From Kiritimatiella glycovorans (GTDB lineage Bacteria; Verrucomicrobiota; Kiritimatiellia; Kiritimatiellales; Kiritimatiellaceae), in contig NZ_CP010904.1 in assembly GCF_001017655.1 (NCBI RefSeq), positions 2,917,724-2,949,723 on the forward strand: a stretch of DNA of 32,000 bases, given 5' to 3'. Both the position numbers and the translations under genes were made by a program. Under the pieces are notes generated by a model, which saw nothing but the letters and a program-made list of their open reading frames with translations, was not told where the DNA came from and made no database searches. This document shows, piece after piece, positions 1 through 7,843 of this stretch; the first letter of the stretch is position 1; the number at the start of each line of letters is the position of its first letter.

Positions 1-156
1 ATCGTGATTTCTGTATTATGCGGGCCTTATACCCCGGCCGCGCCCTTTCCGCGCGGATTCAAACGGGGCGAGGCAGCGATAAACGCTCAGCTTATGCTTT
101 CATGGGCCGCACGGATGCTTTATGAAGGTTTTTTTCGGCAGAAGAGGAGAGAATCG

Positions 157-1143
157 ATGAGTGAAGCATTTCCGGGACTGGGAGAGAGCGCCGCGGCCCT
201 GGGGCTGACGGCGCTGGAGGTCACGTCCGACGGCCGGTTCGCGGCGGGACGCGACGGGGTGTGCGCGGTGGCGCGGACCGGCGACGGGAAGGTCGAGTTT
301 ATCGGCTTCGACTCCCATACGCTGGCCACGGTCAATTCGGCCATGGGATACCCCGCCTGCTATCCCGTGCACCCGGTCCGGCTCGATAAGCCGGTCGAGG
401 CCGTGCTGATGGACCTCGACGGGACCACGGTGCACAGCGAGACGTTCTGGATATGGATCATTCAGCTGTCGACGGCCAGTCTGCTCGGCGACGACTCCTT
501 CGAGCTCGAGGACGAGGATATTCCGTATGTCTCGGGGCACAGCGTGTCGGAACACCTGCAGTATTGCGTAACCAAGTACTGCCCGGACCGCAGCGTCGAA
601 GAGGCGCGCGACTATTACTTCGAGCATACCCGCCGCGAGATGCAGGCCGTGCTCGACGGGACGGGGCGGACGGAGGCCTTCGTCCCGAGCCCCGGGATCA
701 GGGAGTTTCTTCTCGAATTGAAATCGCGCGGCGTCGCCCTGGGGCTCGTGACGTCGGGGCTCTACGAAAAGGCCTGGCCCGAAATCGTGTCCGCCTTCCG
801 CAAACTGGAACTGGGCGACCCGCTCGAATTCTACGATGCGATCATCACCGCCGGATTTCCGATGCAGCAGGGACGTTCGACGGGAACCCTGGGCGAACTC
901 TCTCCCAAGCCGCACCCGTGGCTGTACGCCGAGGTCGCGCGCGTGGGGCTCGGGATTCCCTTCGACCGGCGCGCGCATGTGATCGGGATCGAAGACAGCG
1001 GGGCCGGGGTATGCTCGATCCGCCTCGCCGGCTTCGAGCCGTTCGGCATCGCGGGCGGAAACATCGAGGGAAGCGGCACCCGGGGGCTGTGCAGAGAATT
1101 CTGTGCGGACTTTGAAGGTATTCTGGCCGCGATCGATTCGTGA
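157..1143 (+). CDS. HAD-superfamily hydrolase (phosphatase / beta-phosphoglucomutase-like) with an N-terminal extension of about 85 aa
   Basis: ORF 4..1143. HAD motif I VLMDLDGTTV, motif II LVTSG, motif IV GIEDSGAGV. Start placed at ATG 157, 6 nt after AGGAGA (145-150). The GTG at position 4 is not excluded. Confidence 0.7.
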   Translation: MSEAFPGLGESAAALGLTALEVTSDGRFAAGRDGVCAVARTGDGKVEFIGFDSHTLATVNSAMGYPACYPVHPVRLDKPVEAVLMDLDGTTVHSETFWIWIIQLSTASLLGDDSFELEDEDIPYVSGHSVSEHLQYCVTKYCPDRSVEEARDYYFEHTRREMQAVLDGTGRTEAFVPSPGIREFLLELKSRGVALGLVTSGLYEKAWPEIVSAFRKLELGDPLEFYDAIITAGFPMQQGRSTGTLGELSPKPHPWLYAEVARVGLGIPFDRRAHVIGIEDSGAGVCSIRLAGFEPFGIAGGNIEGSGTRGLCREFCADFEGILAAIDS

Positions 1144-1155
1144 TCGCGCGGCCTG

Positions 1156-1184
1156 TTGACTCCGCGGGGCGGACGCGGTAATAT
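1156..1184 (+). promoter_or_regulatory. sigma70-type promoter (TTGACT, 17 bp spacer, TAATAT)
   Basis: TTGACT at 1156-1161 and TAATAT at 1179-1184, separated by exactly 17 bp. This is the best match to the -35/-10 consensus I found in the window. It lies 13 nt after the HAD stop and about 260 nt upstream of rarA. Confidence 0.55.
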
Positions 1185-1190
1185 GATGCT

Positions 1191-1447
1191 ACAGGCGGCA
1201 GAGCGGAGCGGACGCTTCGGCAGCTTTGCCGATGGTGTGAACGGCAGCGGCACACGGGATGTACGGCTTGGCCCTGCCCGGTACGCGGACATGCAAATTC
1301 TCTGACCCTTTAGCCACTGAAAGGGAGCTCGGAGTCCGGCAGTGGCCGTATACCCCTGAAGGGGAAACGATAAACCGCCGGCAGAGCACCCACCTTGTTA
1401 CCGTGGTCCAGAGATGAGCATAACAGTCGGCCGGGCGGGGCCTTTTT
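1191..1447 (+). other. long structured 5' leader or small RNA between the promoter and the rarA start codon
   Basis: Series of local hairpins: TCGGCA-gctt-TGCCGA 1217-1232, GTGTG..CACAC 1235-1255, CCCTTT..AAAGGG 1306-1325, CCCC-tgaa-GGGG 1353-1364. A closing helix CCGCCGGC (1375-1382) / GCCGGGCGG (1430-1438) is followed by GGCC TTTTT, which abuts ATG 1448. The motif CGGCAG recurs five times. No family assigned. Confidence 0.3.
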
Positions 1448-2800
1448 ATGGATCTGTTCACCTCCGACAACCGGGATCGGGACGAAAGCGGCGGCGGGCG
1501 TACACGGCCGCTGGCTGACCGCGTCCGTCCGGATACCCTCGATGAAATCTTCGGCCAGGACCACCTGCTGGCTTCGGATAAGCTGCTGCGCCGCGCCATC
1601 GAAGCCGACCGCCTGAGCAGCATCATCCTCTACGGACCGCCGGGCACGGGCAAAACCACGCTGGCCGAGGCGATCGCGCGCACCACGCAGCGGCGCTTCG
1701 AACAGGTCAGCGGCGTAATGGCCAACGTGGCGACGCTGCGCAAAATCCTGGAGGGCGCCCGCGAGCTGCGGCGGATGCGCGGGCGTGAAACCATCCTGTT
1801 CATCGACGAAATTCACCGTTTTAACAAGGCGCAGCAGGACGTGCTGCTCCCCTACGTCGAAAAGGGCGATGTCACGCTGATCGGGGCGACCACCCACAAT
1901 CCGTTTTTCTTCATCAACAGCCCGCTGACCTCCCGCTCCCAGATCTTTCAGCTCAGACCGCTCGACACCGGCACTATGGGGCAGGTGCTCGAACGGGCGA
2001 TCCACCATCCCGAGGGACTCGGACCTCTGCGGATCGAGCTGCAGGACGACGCCCGCGAACACCTCTGCTCGATCTGTGAAGGCGATGCCCGCCGCGCGCT
2101 GAATGCGCTGGAAATCGCGGCCCTCACCACGCCCGCGGGCGAGGACGGTGTCCGGCGGCTGGACCGCGGGGTCATCGAGGATTCCGTCCAGAAGAAGGCG
2201 GTGGTTTACGACCACGACGAGGACGAGCACTACGACACCATTTCCGCGTTTATCAAGAGCGTGCGCGGCTCCGACCCGCACGCCGCGGTCTACTGGCTGG
2301 CCAAAATGCTCTATGCGGGAGAAGACCCGCGCTTCATCGCACGCCGCCTGATCATCCTGGCCTCGGAGGACATCGGCAACGCCGACCCGCACGGCCTCCC
2401 GCTCGCGGTCGCGAGCCTGAACGCCGTCGATTTCGTCGGCATGCCGGAGGCCCGCATCATACTTTCGCAGGCCACGACCTACCTCGCGACGGCCCCGAAA
2501 AGCAACGCGGCTTACCGGGCCATCGAAGAGGCCGGACGCGACGTCGAACAGGGAAACACCCTCCCGGTGCCCGACCACCTGCGCGATACGCATTACCGCG
2601 GCGCCCGCGAGCTGGGCCACGAGGGCTACAAGTACGCCCACGACTACGAGGGGCACTTCGTCGACCAGGAATACGTCCCCACCTCGAAGATCTATTACCG
2701 GCCCTCCCGGGAAGGACGCGAAGCCGAGATCCGCGCGCGCATGCTCGAGTGGCATCGTGCGCGGAAAAAAACGCCGCGAAAAGATGAACCGTCTCGCTAA
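1448..2800 (+). CDS. rarA: replication-associated recombination protein A (AAA+ ATPase RarA/MgsA)
   Basis: N-terminus aligns with the RarA pattern (RPLADRVRPDTLDEIFGQDHLL). Walker A GPPGTGKTTLA, Walker B ILFIDEIHRFNK, and a C-terminal MgsA region (YDxISAFIKSVRGSDPxAAVYWLAKML). Confidence 0.93.
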   Translation: MDLFTSDNRDRDESGGGRTRPLADRVRPDTLDEIFGQDHLLASDKLLRRAIEADRLSSIILYGPPGTGKTTLAEAIARTTQRRFEQVSGVMANVATLRKILEGARELRRMRGRETILFIDEIHRFNKAQQDVLLPYVEKGDVTLIGATTHNPFFFINSPLTSRSQIFQLRPLDTGTMGQVLERAIHHPEGLGPLRIELQDDAREHLCSICEGDARRALNALEIAALTTPAGEDGVRRLDRGVIEDSVQKKAVVYDHDEDEHYDTISAFIKSVRGSDPHAAVYWLAKMLYAGEDPRFIARRLIILASEDIGNADPHGLPLAVASLNAVDFVGMPEARIILSQATTYLATAPKSNAAYRAIEEAGRDVEQGNTLPVPDHLRDTHYRGARELGHEGYKYAHDYEGHFVDQEYVPTSKIYYRPSREGREAEIRARMLEWHRARKKTPRKDEPSR

Positions 2801-3380
2801 AGACAAGGCCCGGAGGTGGGGACGCGCAGGGCGGGCCTCTCTCCCCCCCGATGCACGCGCTCGCAAAAACCGCGCTCTGTGCCGTCGTCTGACCCGGCTG
2901 AAGCCTTTTATCACGGCGCGCTCCGTTGCCCTCTACAGGGCCGTCGGCGATGAAGTCGACCTCTCGGAGGTGGAGGCGCCCCTCCGCGCCCGGGGGGTGC
3001 GTATCTACCTGCCCCGCTATAACGGCGAACAATACGAAATGGCGCTCTGGCAACCGGACACCCCCCTCGAAAGAGGGCCGCTCGGCATCCCGCAGCCCCC
3101 GGGACCGGCCGCAGGCGAACATGAGATCGATCTCGTGCTGGTTCCCGGCCTCGCATTCGACGTGCAAGGGAACCGGGCCGGCCACGGGGGCGGCCATTAC
3201 GATCGCATGCTGAAAAATCTCCGCGCCTTCCGGACCGGCGTCGCCTTCGACGCCCAGCTCGTGCCGCGAATCGAAACGGCCCCGCACGATGTTCCGGTTC
3301 GCCTTGTGCTCACCGAACGCAGGTTGTACGGTATCAATGCCGAACGATTCTCAATTCTGAGTGTCGAACGAGGCGGATAA
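2784..3380 (+). CDS. 5-formyltetrahydrofolate cyclo-ligase
   Basis: ORF 2757..3380. Family motifs VALYRAVGDEVDL, YLPR, DLVLVPGLAFDxxGNRxGHGGGHYDR. The ATG at 2784 overlaps the rarA 3' end by 17 nt. GTG 2757 is an alternative start. Confidence 0.85.
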   Translation: MNRLAKDKARRWGRAGRASLPPDARARKNRALCRRLTRLKPFITARSVALYRAVGDEVDLSEVEAPLRARGVRIYLPRYNGEQYEMALWQPDTPLERGPLGIPQPPGPAAGEHEIDLVLVPGLAFDVQGNRAGHGGGHYDRMLKNLRAFRTGVAFDAQLVPRIETAPHDVPVRLVLTERRLYGINAERFSILSVERGG

Positions 3381-3424
3381 CCAACCGGGGAGGATCTTCC
3401 CGATGAAACTTCCGGAGGAGCACC

Positions 3425-4996
3425 ATGGGGTACGAGTACGATTGGTGGCAGATGTGGCAGGACATTATCGTCCCGCTGGGATTTGTCGTGCTGGGATTCT
3501 TTTTCCACGCCTACCTTACAAAGGCCAACGCCGTCGCGGCGTCGAAACAGGCCAAATCGATCCTTGAGGACGCGGAGAAACAGGCCGAAAGCATCCGGCG
3601 CGAGGCGCAGCTCAACCTGCGCGATCAGGAACTTAAAGTCCACGAAAAGGCGCATGAGGAACAGGACAGTGCGCGGAAGGAGCTGGTCGATCTCGAAAAC
3701 CGGATCATGAAGCGGGAGAAGGACTTCGACCGCAAGCTCTCCCTGCTGGACCAGAAAGAGCAGCAGCTCGAACAGCAGATTTCCGAGGCGGAGCGGAAGG
3801 AACAGGCGGCCGAGGCCCGCCGCACCGAACTCGACGAGCTGATTGAACAGGAGAACAGGGCGGTCCAGAAAGCCGCGGAAATGTCCCGGGATGAGGCGCG
3901 GGAGACGATCATGAAGCGGCTGCAGGAGGCCCTGAGCGAAGACTCGGCGCGTCTCATCCGCCACGCCCAGAACGAGGCCCGGGTGCTGGCCCGGACCGAG
4001 GCCCGCAAGATCGTGGTCTCGGCCATCGAACGCTACGCCGGCGAGCAGGCCAACGACGTGACCACCACCACGGTGGATCTGCCGAGCGACGAGATGAAGG
4101 GACGGATCATCGGGCGCGAGGGACGCAATATTCGCGCGTTCGAATCGACCACCGGGATCAACCTGATCATCGACGAAACCCCCGGGGTCGTGACCCTGTC
4201 AGGCTTCGACCCCACGCGGCGCGAAACGGCGCGGATCACCCTTGAGCGCCTGATCGAGGACGGGCGTATCCAGCCGGCGCGCATCGAGGAGATCTTCGAA
4301 AAGACCAGCCGGGAGGTCGACGACACGATCCGCAAGGCGGGCGAGGACGTGCTCTTCCAGCTCGGTCTGCAGGGGGTCGCCCCGGAACTCGTCAGCCTGG
4401 TCGGGCGGCTGAAGTTCCGCCACAGCTACTCCCAGAACGTCCTGCAGCACTCGCTGGAGACCGCCTTCCTTATGGGGTCGATGGCCGCCGATCTCGGGCT
4501 CGATCCCTCTGTTGCGAAGAGAGTGGGGATCTTCCACGACATCGGCAAGGCCGTGGATCACGAAGTCGAAGGCCCCCACGCGCTGATCGGCGGGAAACTG
4601 CTGCGCAGGCACGGGGAAAGCCCCGAAGTCTATAACGCCGTCGCCGCCCACCACCACGAAATGGACGTCGACAGCATCTACGCGACACTGGCGTCGTCGG
4701 CCGACGCGATCTCGGCCTCGCGGCCCGGAGCGCGCTCGGACACGACGGAGAATTATCTCAAACGCCTCTCCCGGCTCGAGAACGTCGCCGGCGACTTCGA
4801 GGGCGTGAACAAGGCCTTCGCCATCCAGGCCGGACGCGAACTGCGCGTGATCGTGGCCCCGTCGGAGATCAGCGACGAGGCAGCCACCCTGCTCGCACGC
4901 GATATCGCCAAGAAGATCGAGCAGGAAGTGCGCTACCCCGGCCAGATCAAGGTGACCGTGATCCGCGAGACCCGCTGCATCGAATACGCTCAGTAG
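3425..4996 (+). CDS. rny: ribonuclease Y
   Basis: N-terminal TM helix, long charged coiled-coil, KH domain (GRIIGREGRNIRAFE) and HD domain (HSLETAFL...FHDIGKAVDHE). GGAGGAG lies 4 nt upstream of the ATG. Confidence 0.93.
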   Translation: MGYEYDWWQMWQDIIVPLGFVVLGFFFHAYLTKANAVAASKQAKSILEDAEKQAESIRREAQLNLRDQELKVHEKAHEEQDSARKELVDLENRIMKREKDFDRKLSLLDQKEQQLEQQISEAERKEQAAEARRTELDELIEQENRAVQKAAEMSRDEARETIMKRLQEALSEDSARLIRHAQNEARVLARTEARKIVVSAIERYAGEQANDVTTTTVDLPSDEMKGRIIGREGRNIRAFESTTGINLIIDETPGVVTLSGFDPTRRETARITLERLIEDGRIQPARIEEIFEKTSREVDDTIRKAGEDVLFQLGLQGVAPELVSLVGRLKFRHSYSQNVLQHSLETAFLMGSMAADLGLDPSVAKRVGIFHDIGKAVDHEVEGPHALIGGKLLRRHGESPEVYNAVAAHHHEMDVDSIYATLASSADAISASRPGARSDTTENYLKRLSRLENVAGDFEGVNKAFAIQAGRELRVIVAPSEISDEAATLLARDIAKKIEQEVRYPGQIKVTVIRETRCIEYAQ

Positions 4997-5049
4997 GTTC
5001 TTCGTAGATTTTGGTGAACTACTGGAATCCCGGCGGCTGGATTAGAAAT

Positions 5050-5255
5050 CCGCTCGCGTCACAACGTACGCGTACTCGTGCTCAGCGAAGCGGTACTCGT
5101 ACTCGAATTCCTTGAATCGGGGGAGTGGGATCGCGCCTTCGGCGCTTCGGGTACGAGTACGGGTACGAGTACGAGTAAGAGTAAGAATGAGGGTGCGAAT
5201 TATGTTCACCCCCCTCGATTACCCTTCATGGTCTTCATGGTGAATCCCATTCTCT
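5050..5255. repeat. composite intergenic repeat, copy 1 (inverted relative to copy 2 at 15105-15284)
   Basis: Core GGGGGAGTGGGATCGCGCCTTCGGCGC is the exact reverse complement of 15214-15240. It is flanked by GTACTCGTACTCG (5093-5105) and (GTACGA/GTACGG/GTAAGA)x6 (5150-5185), which can pair as hairpin arms. On the minus strand it also carries GGGATTCACC + ATGAAGACCATGAAG (mini-ORF 5238..5206). Confidence 0.8.
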
Positions 5256-5280
5256 CCCCGCCGCTTTCGGGCCTCTGCGG

Positions 5281-6315
5281 CTACTCCCTCCCGCGACCGT
5301 GGGCTGCGGGGGCCCCGGCGATGTACCTCGCCAGATCCTCGATCCTGACCTGTCCCTGCGCGCGGTCGCGTTCGTCCATCAGCACCGCGACCGGCTGACG
5401 ATTTTTCCGCAGTTTGCTGAAGGCCTGCTGGAGGGTCGCGTCGGCCCGGATCCGTACGGCCTTGCGCACGAGCGGCCGCACCGGATCGTCCGGCCCCGTC
5501 TCCGGATCCATGAGATCGCAGAGATGCAGCGTGCCGATCACGTTATTCCGGCGTCCCCGGAATACCGCGCAGCGGTTGCGGCCGCTCTTCTGCAGGAGCC
5601 GTTCCGCGTCGCGCACCGCGGACTCGACCGACACCGCCGGCACCCGGTCGAGCGGGGTCATCAGCCGCCGCGCGGGTATGCGCCGCATCGCGATCACGTT
5701 CTCCATCATCTGGTTCTGGTGGGGCGTCAGGGCACCGTGGCGGATGCCCTCGGAAAAGTACATCCGCAGGCGCTGCGGCGAGAGCTGCAGCAGATCGCGG
5801 TGCGGGTCGGCGGGGGAGGTGCGCAGCAGCGCGCGGAAGAGCAGGCGCAGCGGAGTGGTCAGAGGACGGCATACGGCCAGGGATATCCGCAGGACCATCG
5901 CGCCGCGCGTCATCAGCTCCTCCGCCCGCGTCCGGAACAGGTTCTTGGGCAGCAGTTCGGCGAACAGGAACATGGGCGGCGTGAGCACGAGCGTCGCGGC
6001 GATCTCGGCGTTCCATGGGATCAGGCCGAACAGAACCCGCCCCCCTCCGGCGCCGACGCCGTGCGCCAGGAAGGAGGCCGTCACGGTCTGAGCCGCGAGG
6101 TAGTTGACCACGTTGTTGCAGAGCAGGACCGTAAAGACGAAGCGCTGGGGTTCGCGCAGCACCTCCTCCAGCCAGCGCGCGCGCCGCACGCCGTGGCGCG
6201 CGCGGTAGCGCAGGTGGATGCGGCTGACCATGTATCCGCCGGTCTCGCTCCCCGAGTAAAAGGCGGAGAGGATCAGCGCGCTCAGCAGTTTGACCCATGC
6301 GTCCCAGGCGGTCAT
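5281..6315 (-). CDS. DUF21 + CBS-pair membrane protein (CNNM/CorC-type) lacking the C-terminal CorC_HlyC domain
   Basis: ORF 5281..6543, with start moved to ATG 6315 (MTAWDAWVKLLSALILSAFYSGSETG...). This forms an ATGA overlap with the stop of the upstream paralog. It has a DUF21 TM region and then two CBS-like repeats, and the protein ends right after CBS2. Confidence 0.75.
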   Translation of the reverse strand: MTAWDAWVKLLSALILSAFYSGSETGGYMVSRIHLRYRARHGVRRARWLEEVLREPQRFVFTVLLCNNVVNYLAAQTVTASFLAHGVGAGGGRVLFGLIPWNAEIAATLVLTPPMFLFAELLPKNLFRTRAEELMTRGAMVLRISLAVCRPLTTPLRLLFRALLRTSPADPHRDLLQLSPQRLRMYFSEGIRHGALTPHQNQMMENVIAMRRIPARRLMTPLDRVPAVSVESAVRDAERLLQKSGRNRCAVFRGRRNNVIGTLHLCDLMDPETGPDDPVRPLVRKAVRIRADATLQQAFSKLRKNRQPVAVLMDERDRAQGQVRIEDLARYIAGAPAAHGRGRE

Positions 6316-7598
6316 GGCAGCGGCACCTTCAGTTCCTCCTCGGGCGAAGCGAGTTCGAGCAGGACTGTCTCGATCCGCCTGCCGTGCATCCGCTCCACCG
6401 TGAACGCAAGATTCTGCAGCCTCACCGTATCGCCCTCCCGGGGCACCCGCCCGAGCAGGTACACGATCAGCCCCGCGAGCGTGTCGAAGGGCAGCGATTC
6501 CAGCTCCGCCTCCGGCACGTAGCCTCGGAAGAGCGCGCGCCATTCGCGCACCGGCAGCCTGCCGCTGAGGCGGTAGCGCGCCTCGCCGAGCGTATCCACG
6601 TCGAGCGCCTGCCCGGCGTCGAATTCCCCGAGCACCTCTTCCAGCAGATCCTCGATCGTCACCACGCCCGCCAGCCCGCCGTACTCGTCGACCACGACCA
6701 CGAACTCGAGGTTCTCCTCGACGAAACGCCGCAGCAGTTCGTCCGCGCGCAGCATCTCGGGCACAAACTTCACGGGCCGCACGCGCCCGACCCCGTCGCG
6801 GCCGTCCCGCCGTGCAAAGTAGAGGTCGCGGACGCCGACGATCCCGATGATGCGATCCTCGTGATCCTCGTACACGGGGAGCGTGCTGATATCGCGCCGG
6901 CGCGCCGCCTCCAGCACCGGCCCCGGATCGCCGCGGCGGTCGAGCAGGAGCACATCCACCCGCGGCGTCATGATCTCGCTGATCCGGATGCCCGGCAGAT
7001 GCACGATGTCTTCGATGATCTCCTTTTCCTTCACGGGAACGGAATCGCTGCCGCGCGTCAGATCGAGCAGGATCCGCAGCTCCTCGCCCGTGATCATCCG
7101 CGTGGCCTCGCCGCCCTCGTGTCCGCCCCGGCGCGCGCGGACGGCGCGATACACTGCGCGGACCGGGGAGGTGAGCGCGAACCAGCCCCGAAGCGGAATC
7201 GCGGCCGCCCGGGAGAAGGCGAGCGGATAGGACACCCCCAGCGCCTTCGGAAGGATTTCGCCGAAGAGAATCACCAGCACCAGGAGGACGATCCCCGCCG
7301 CCACCTCGATCCAGCCCCCAGCCGCGCGGCCCAGATGCGTCGCCATTGCCGCGCCCGAGCAGAAGAAGAGCAGATTAACGAGCATATTCCCGAACAGAAC
7401 GGCGACCAGCAGCTCGGCGGGACGCGAGGAAAGCGAGACGATGGCCGCCGCCGTCCTGCCCTCCGAACGCGCGAGCTGATGGAGCTGGTCCCTCTTCAGA
7501 GAGAACAGCGCCGTTTCGGCCCCCGAGAAGAAGGCCGATCCGGCCAGCAGCAGGACCAGCCCCGCCAGTCCCGTTCCGTATTCGCTCAGTTGCTCCAT
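6312..7598 (-). CDS. DUF21-CBS-CorC_HlyC family protein (hemolysin-like / putative Mg2+/Co2+ efflux CNNM/CorC type)
   Basis: DUF21 signature SAFFSGAETALFSL, a CBS pair (IMTPRVDV..., VYEDHEDRIIGIVGVRDL) and a CorC_HlyC tail (YRLSGRLPVREW...FDTLAGLIVYLLGRVPREGDTV). Confidence 0.85.
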   Translation of the reverse strand: MEQLSEYGTGLAGLVLLLAGSAFFSGAETALFSLKRDQLHQLARSEGRTAAAIVSLSSRPAELLVAVLFGNMLVNLLFFCSGAAMATHLGRAAGGWIEVAAGIVLLVLVILFGEILPKALGVSYPLAFSRAAAIPLRGWFALTSPVRAVYRAVRARRGGHEGGEATRMITGEELRILLDLTRGSDSVPVKEKEIIEDIVHLPGIRISEIMTPRVDVLLLDRRGDPGPVLEAARRRDISTLPVYEDHEDRIIGIVGVRDLYFARRDGRDGVGRVRPVKFVPEMLRADELLRRFVEENLEFVVVVDEYGGLAGVVTIEDLLEEVLGEFDAGQALDVDTLGEARYRLSGRLPVREWRALFRGYVPEAELESLPFDTLAGLIVYLLGRVPREGDTVRLQNLAFTVERMHGRRIETVLLELASPEEELKVPLP

Positions 7599-7700
7599 GA
7601 TTGTGGTTTGCCCGCGGCGGAGATACGTTTATACTCGATTCTGTGCGGCGTCCCGTCAACAGCACGGAACGCCCGGGCGGATGCGCGGGGGGCCCATGGA

Positions 7701-7795
7701 TCCCGTGCCACACCGCAGGCAGGATGTTAGTATGAATATATTGTCCCGGTCGAGGACGGACGGTTCGAGCCGGGATCACGGGAGCCGTTTTATTT
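7701..7795 (+). other. nested hairpin plus T-tract (terminator/attenuator-like) in the divergent intergenic region upstream of the TPR gene
   Basis: Outer stem TCCCGTG (7701-7707) / CACGGGA (7777-7783). Inner stem CCCGGTCGA (7745-7753) / TCGAGCCGGG (7765-7774, one bulged G). Followed by GCCG TTTTATTT (7788-7795). Possible -10 TATACT at 7630-7635. Confidence 0.3.
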
Positions 7796-7843
7796 CTGTG
7801 CCTGCAACGGGCCGCGGCCCGGGCGGGTGCGGGTGAAAGGCGA

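Noticed and set aside
1191-1447. 6S RNA (ssrS) upstream of the 5-formyl-THF cyclo-ligase operon
   Set aside because: The synteny precedent is attractive. However, I could not find the extended 5'/3' end complementarity that defines the 6S rod with a central bubble. The region folds into several local hairpins instead, is longer than typical 6S, and has rarA intervening. I kept it only as an unassigned structured leader.
1310-2914. Long antisense or overlapping ORFs: 1310..2914(-), 5299..6522(+), 6297..7730(+), 9127..11370(+), 10259..11314(-), 11554..13896(-), 13924..14883(-), 18818..21208(-), 22773..24779(+), 24779..26653(+), 26410..27618(-), 27318..28583(+), 30666..31655(+)
   Set aside because: Each lies opposite or out of frame to a gene with clear family motifs. 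Their products are Arg/Ala/Gly/Pro-rich, low-complexity and without motifs. This is the expected stop-codon-poor artefact of high-GC DNA.
7745-7774. tRNA-like fragment (GGTTCGAGCC resembles a T-loop)
   Set aside because: No acceptor, D or anticodon arms can be drawn around it. It is better explained as a simple hairpin, CCCGGTCGA/TCGAGCCGGG.
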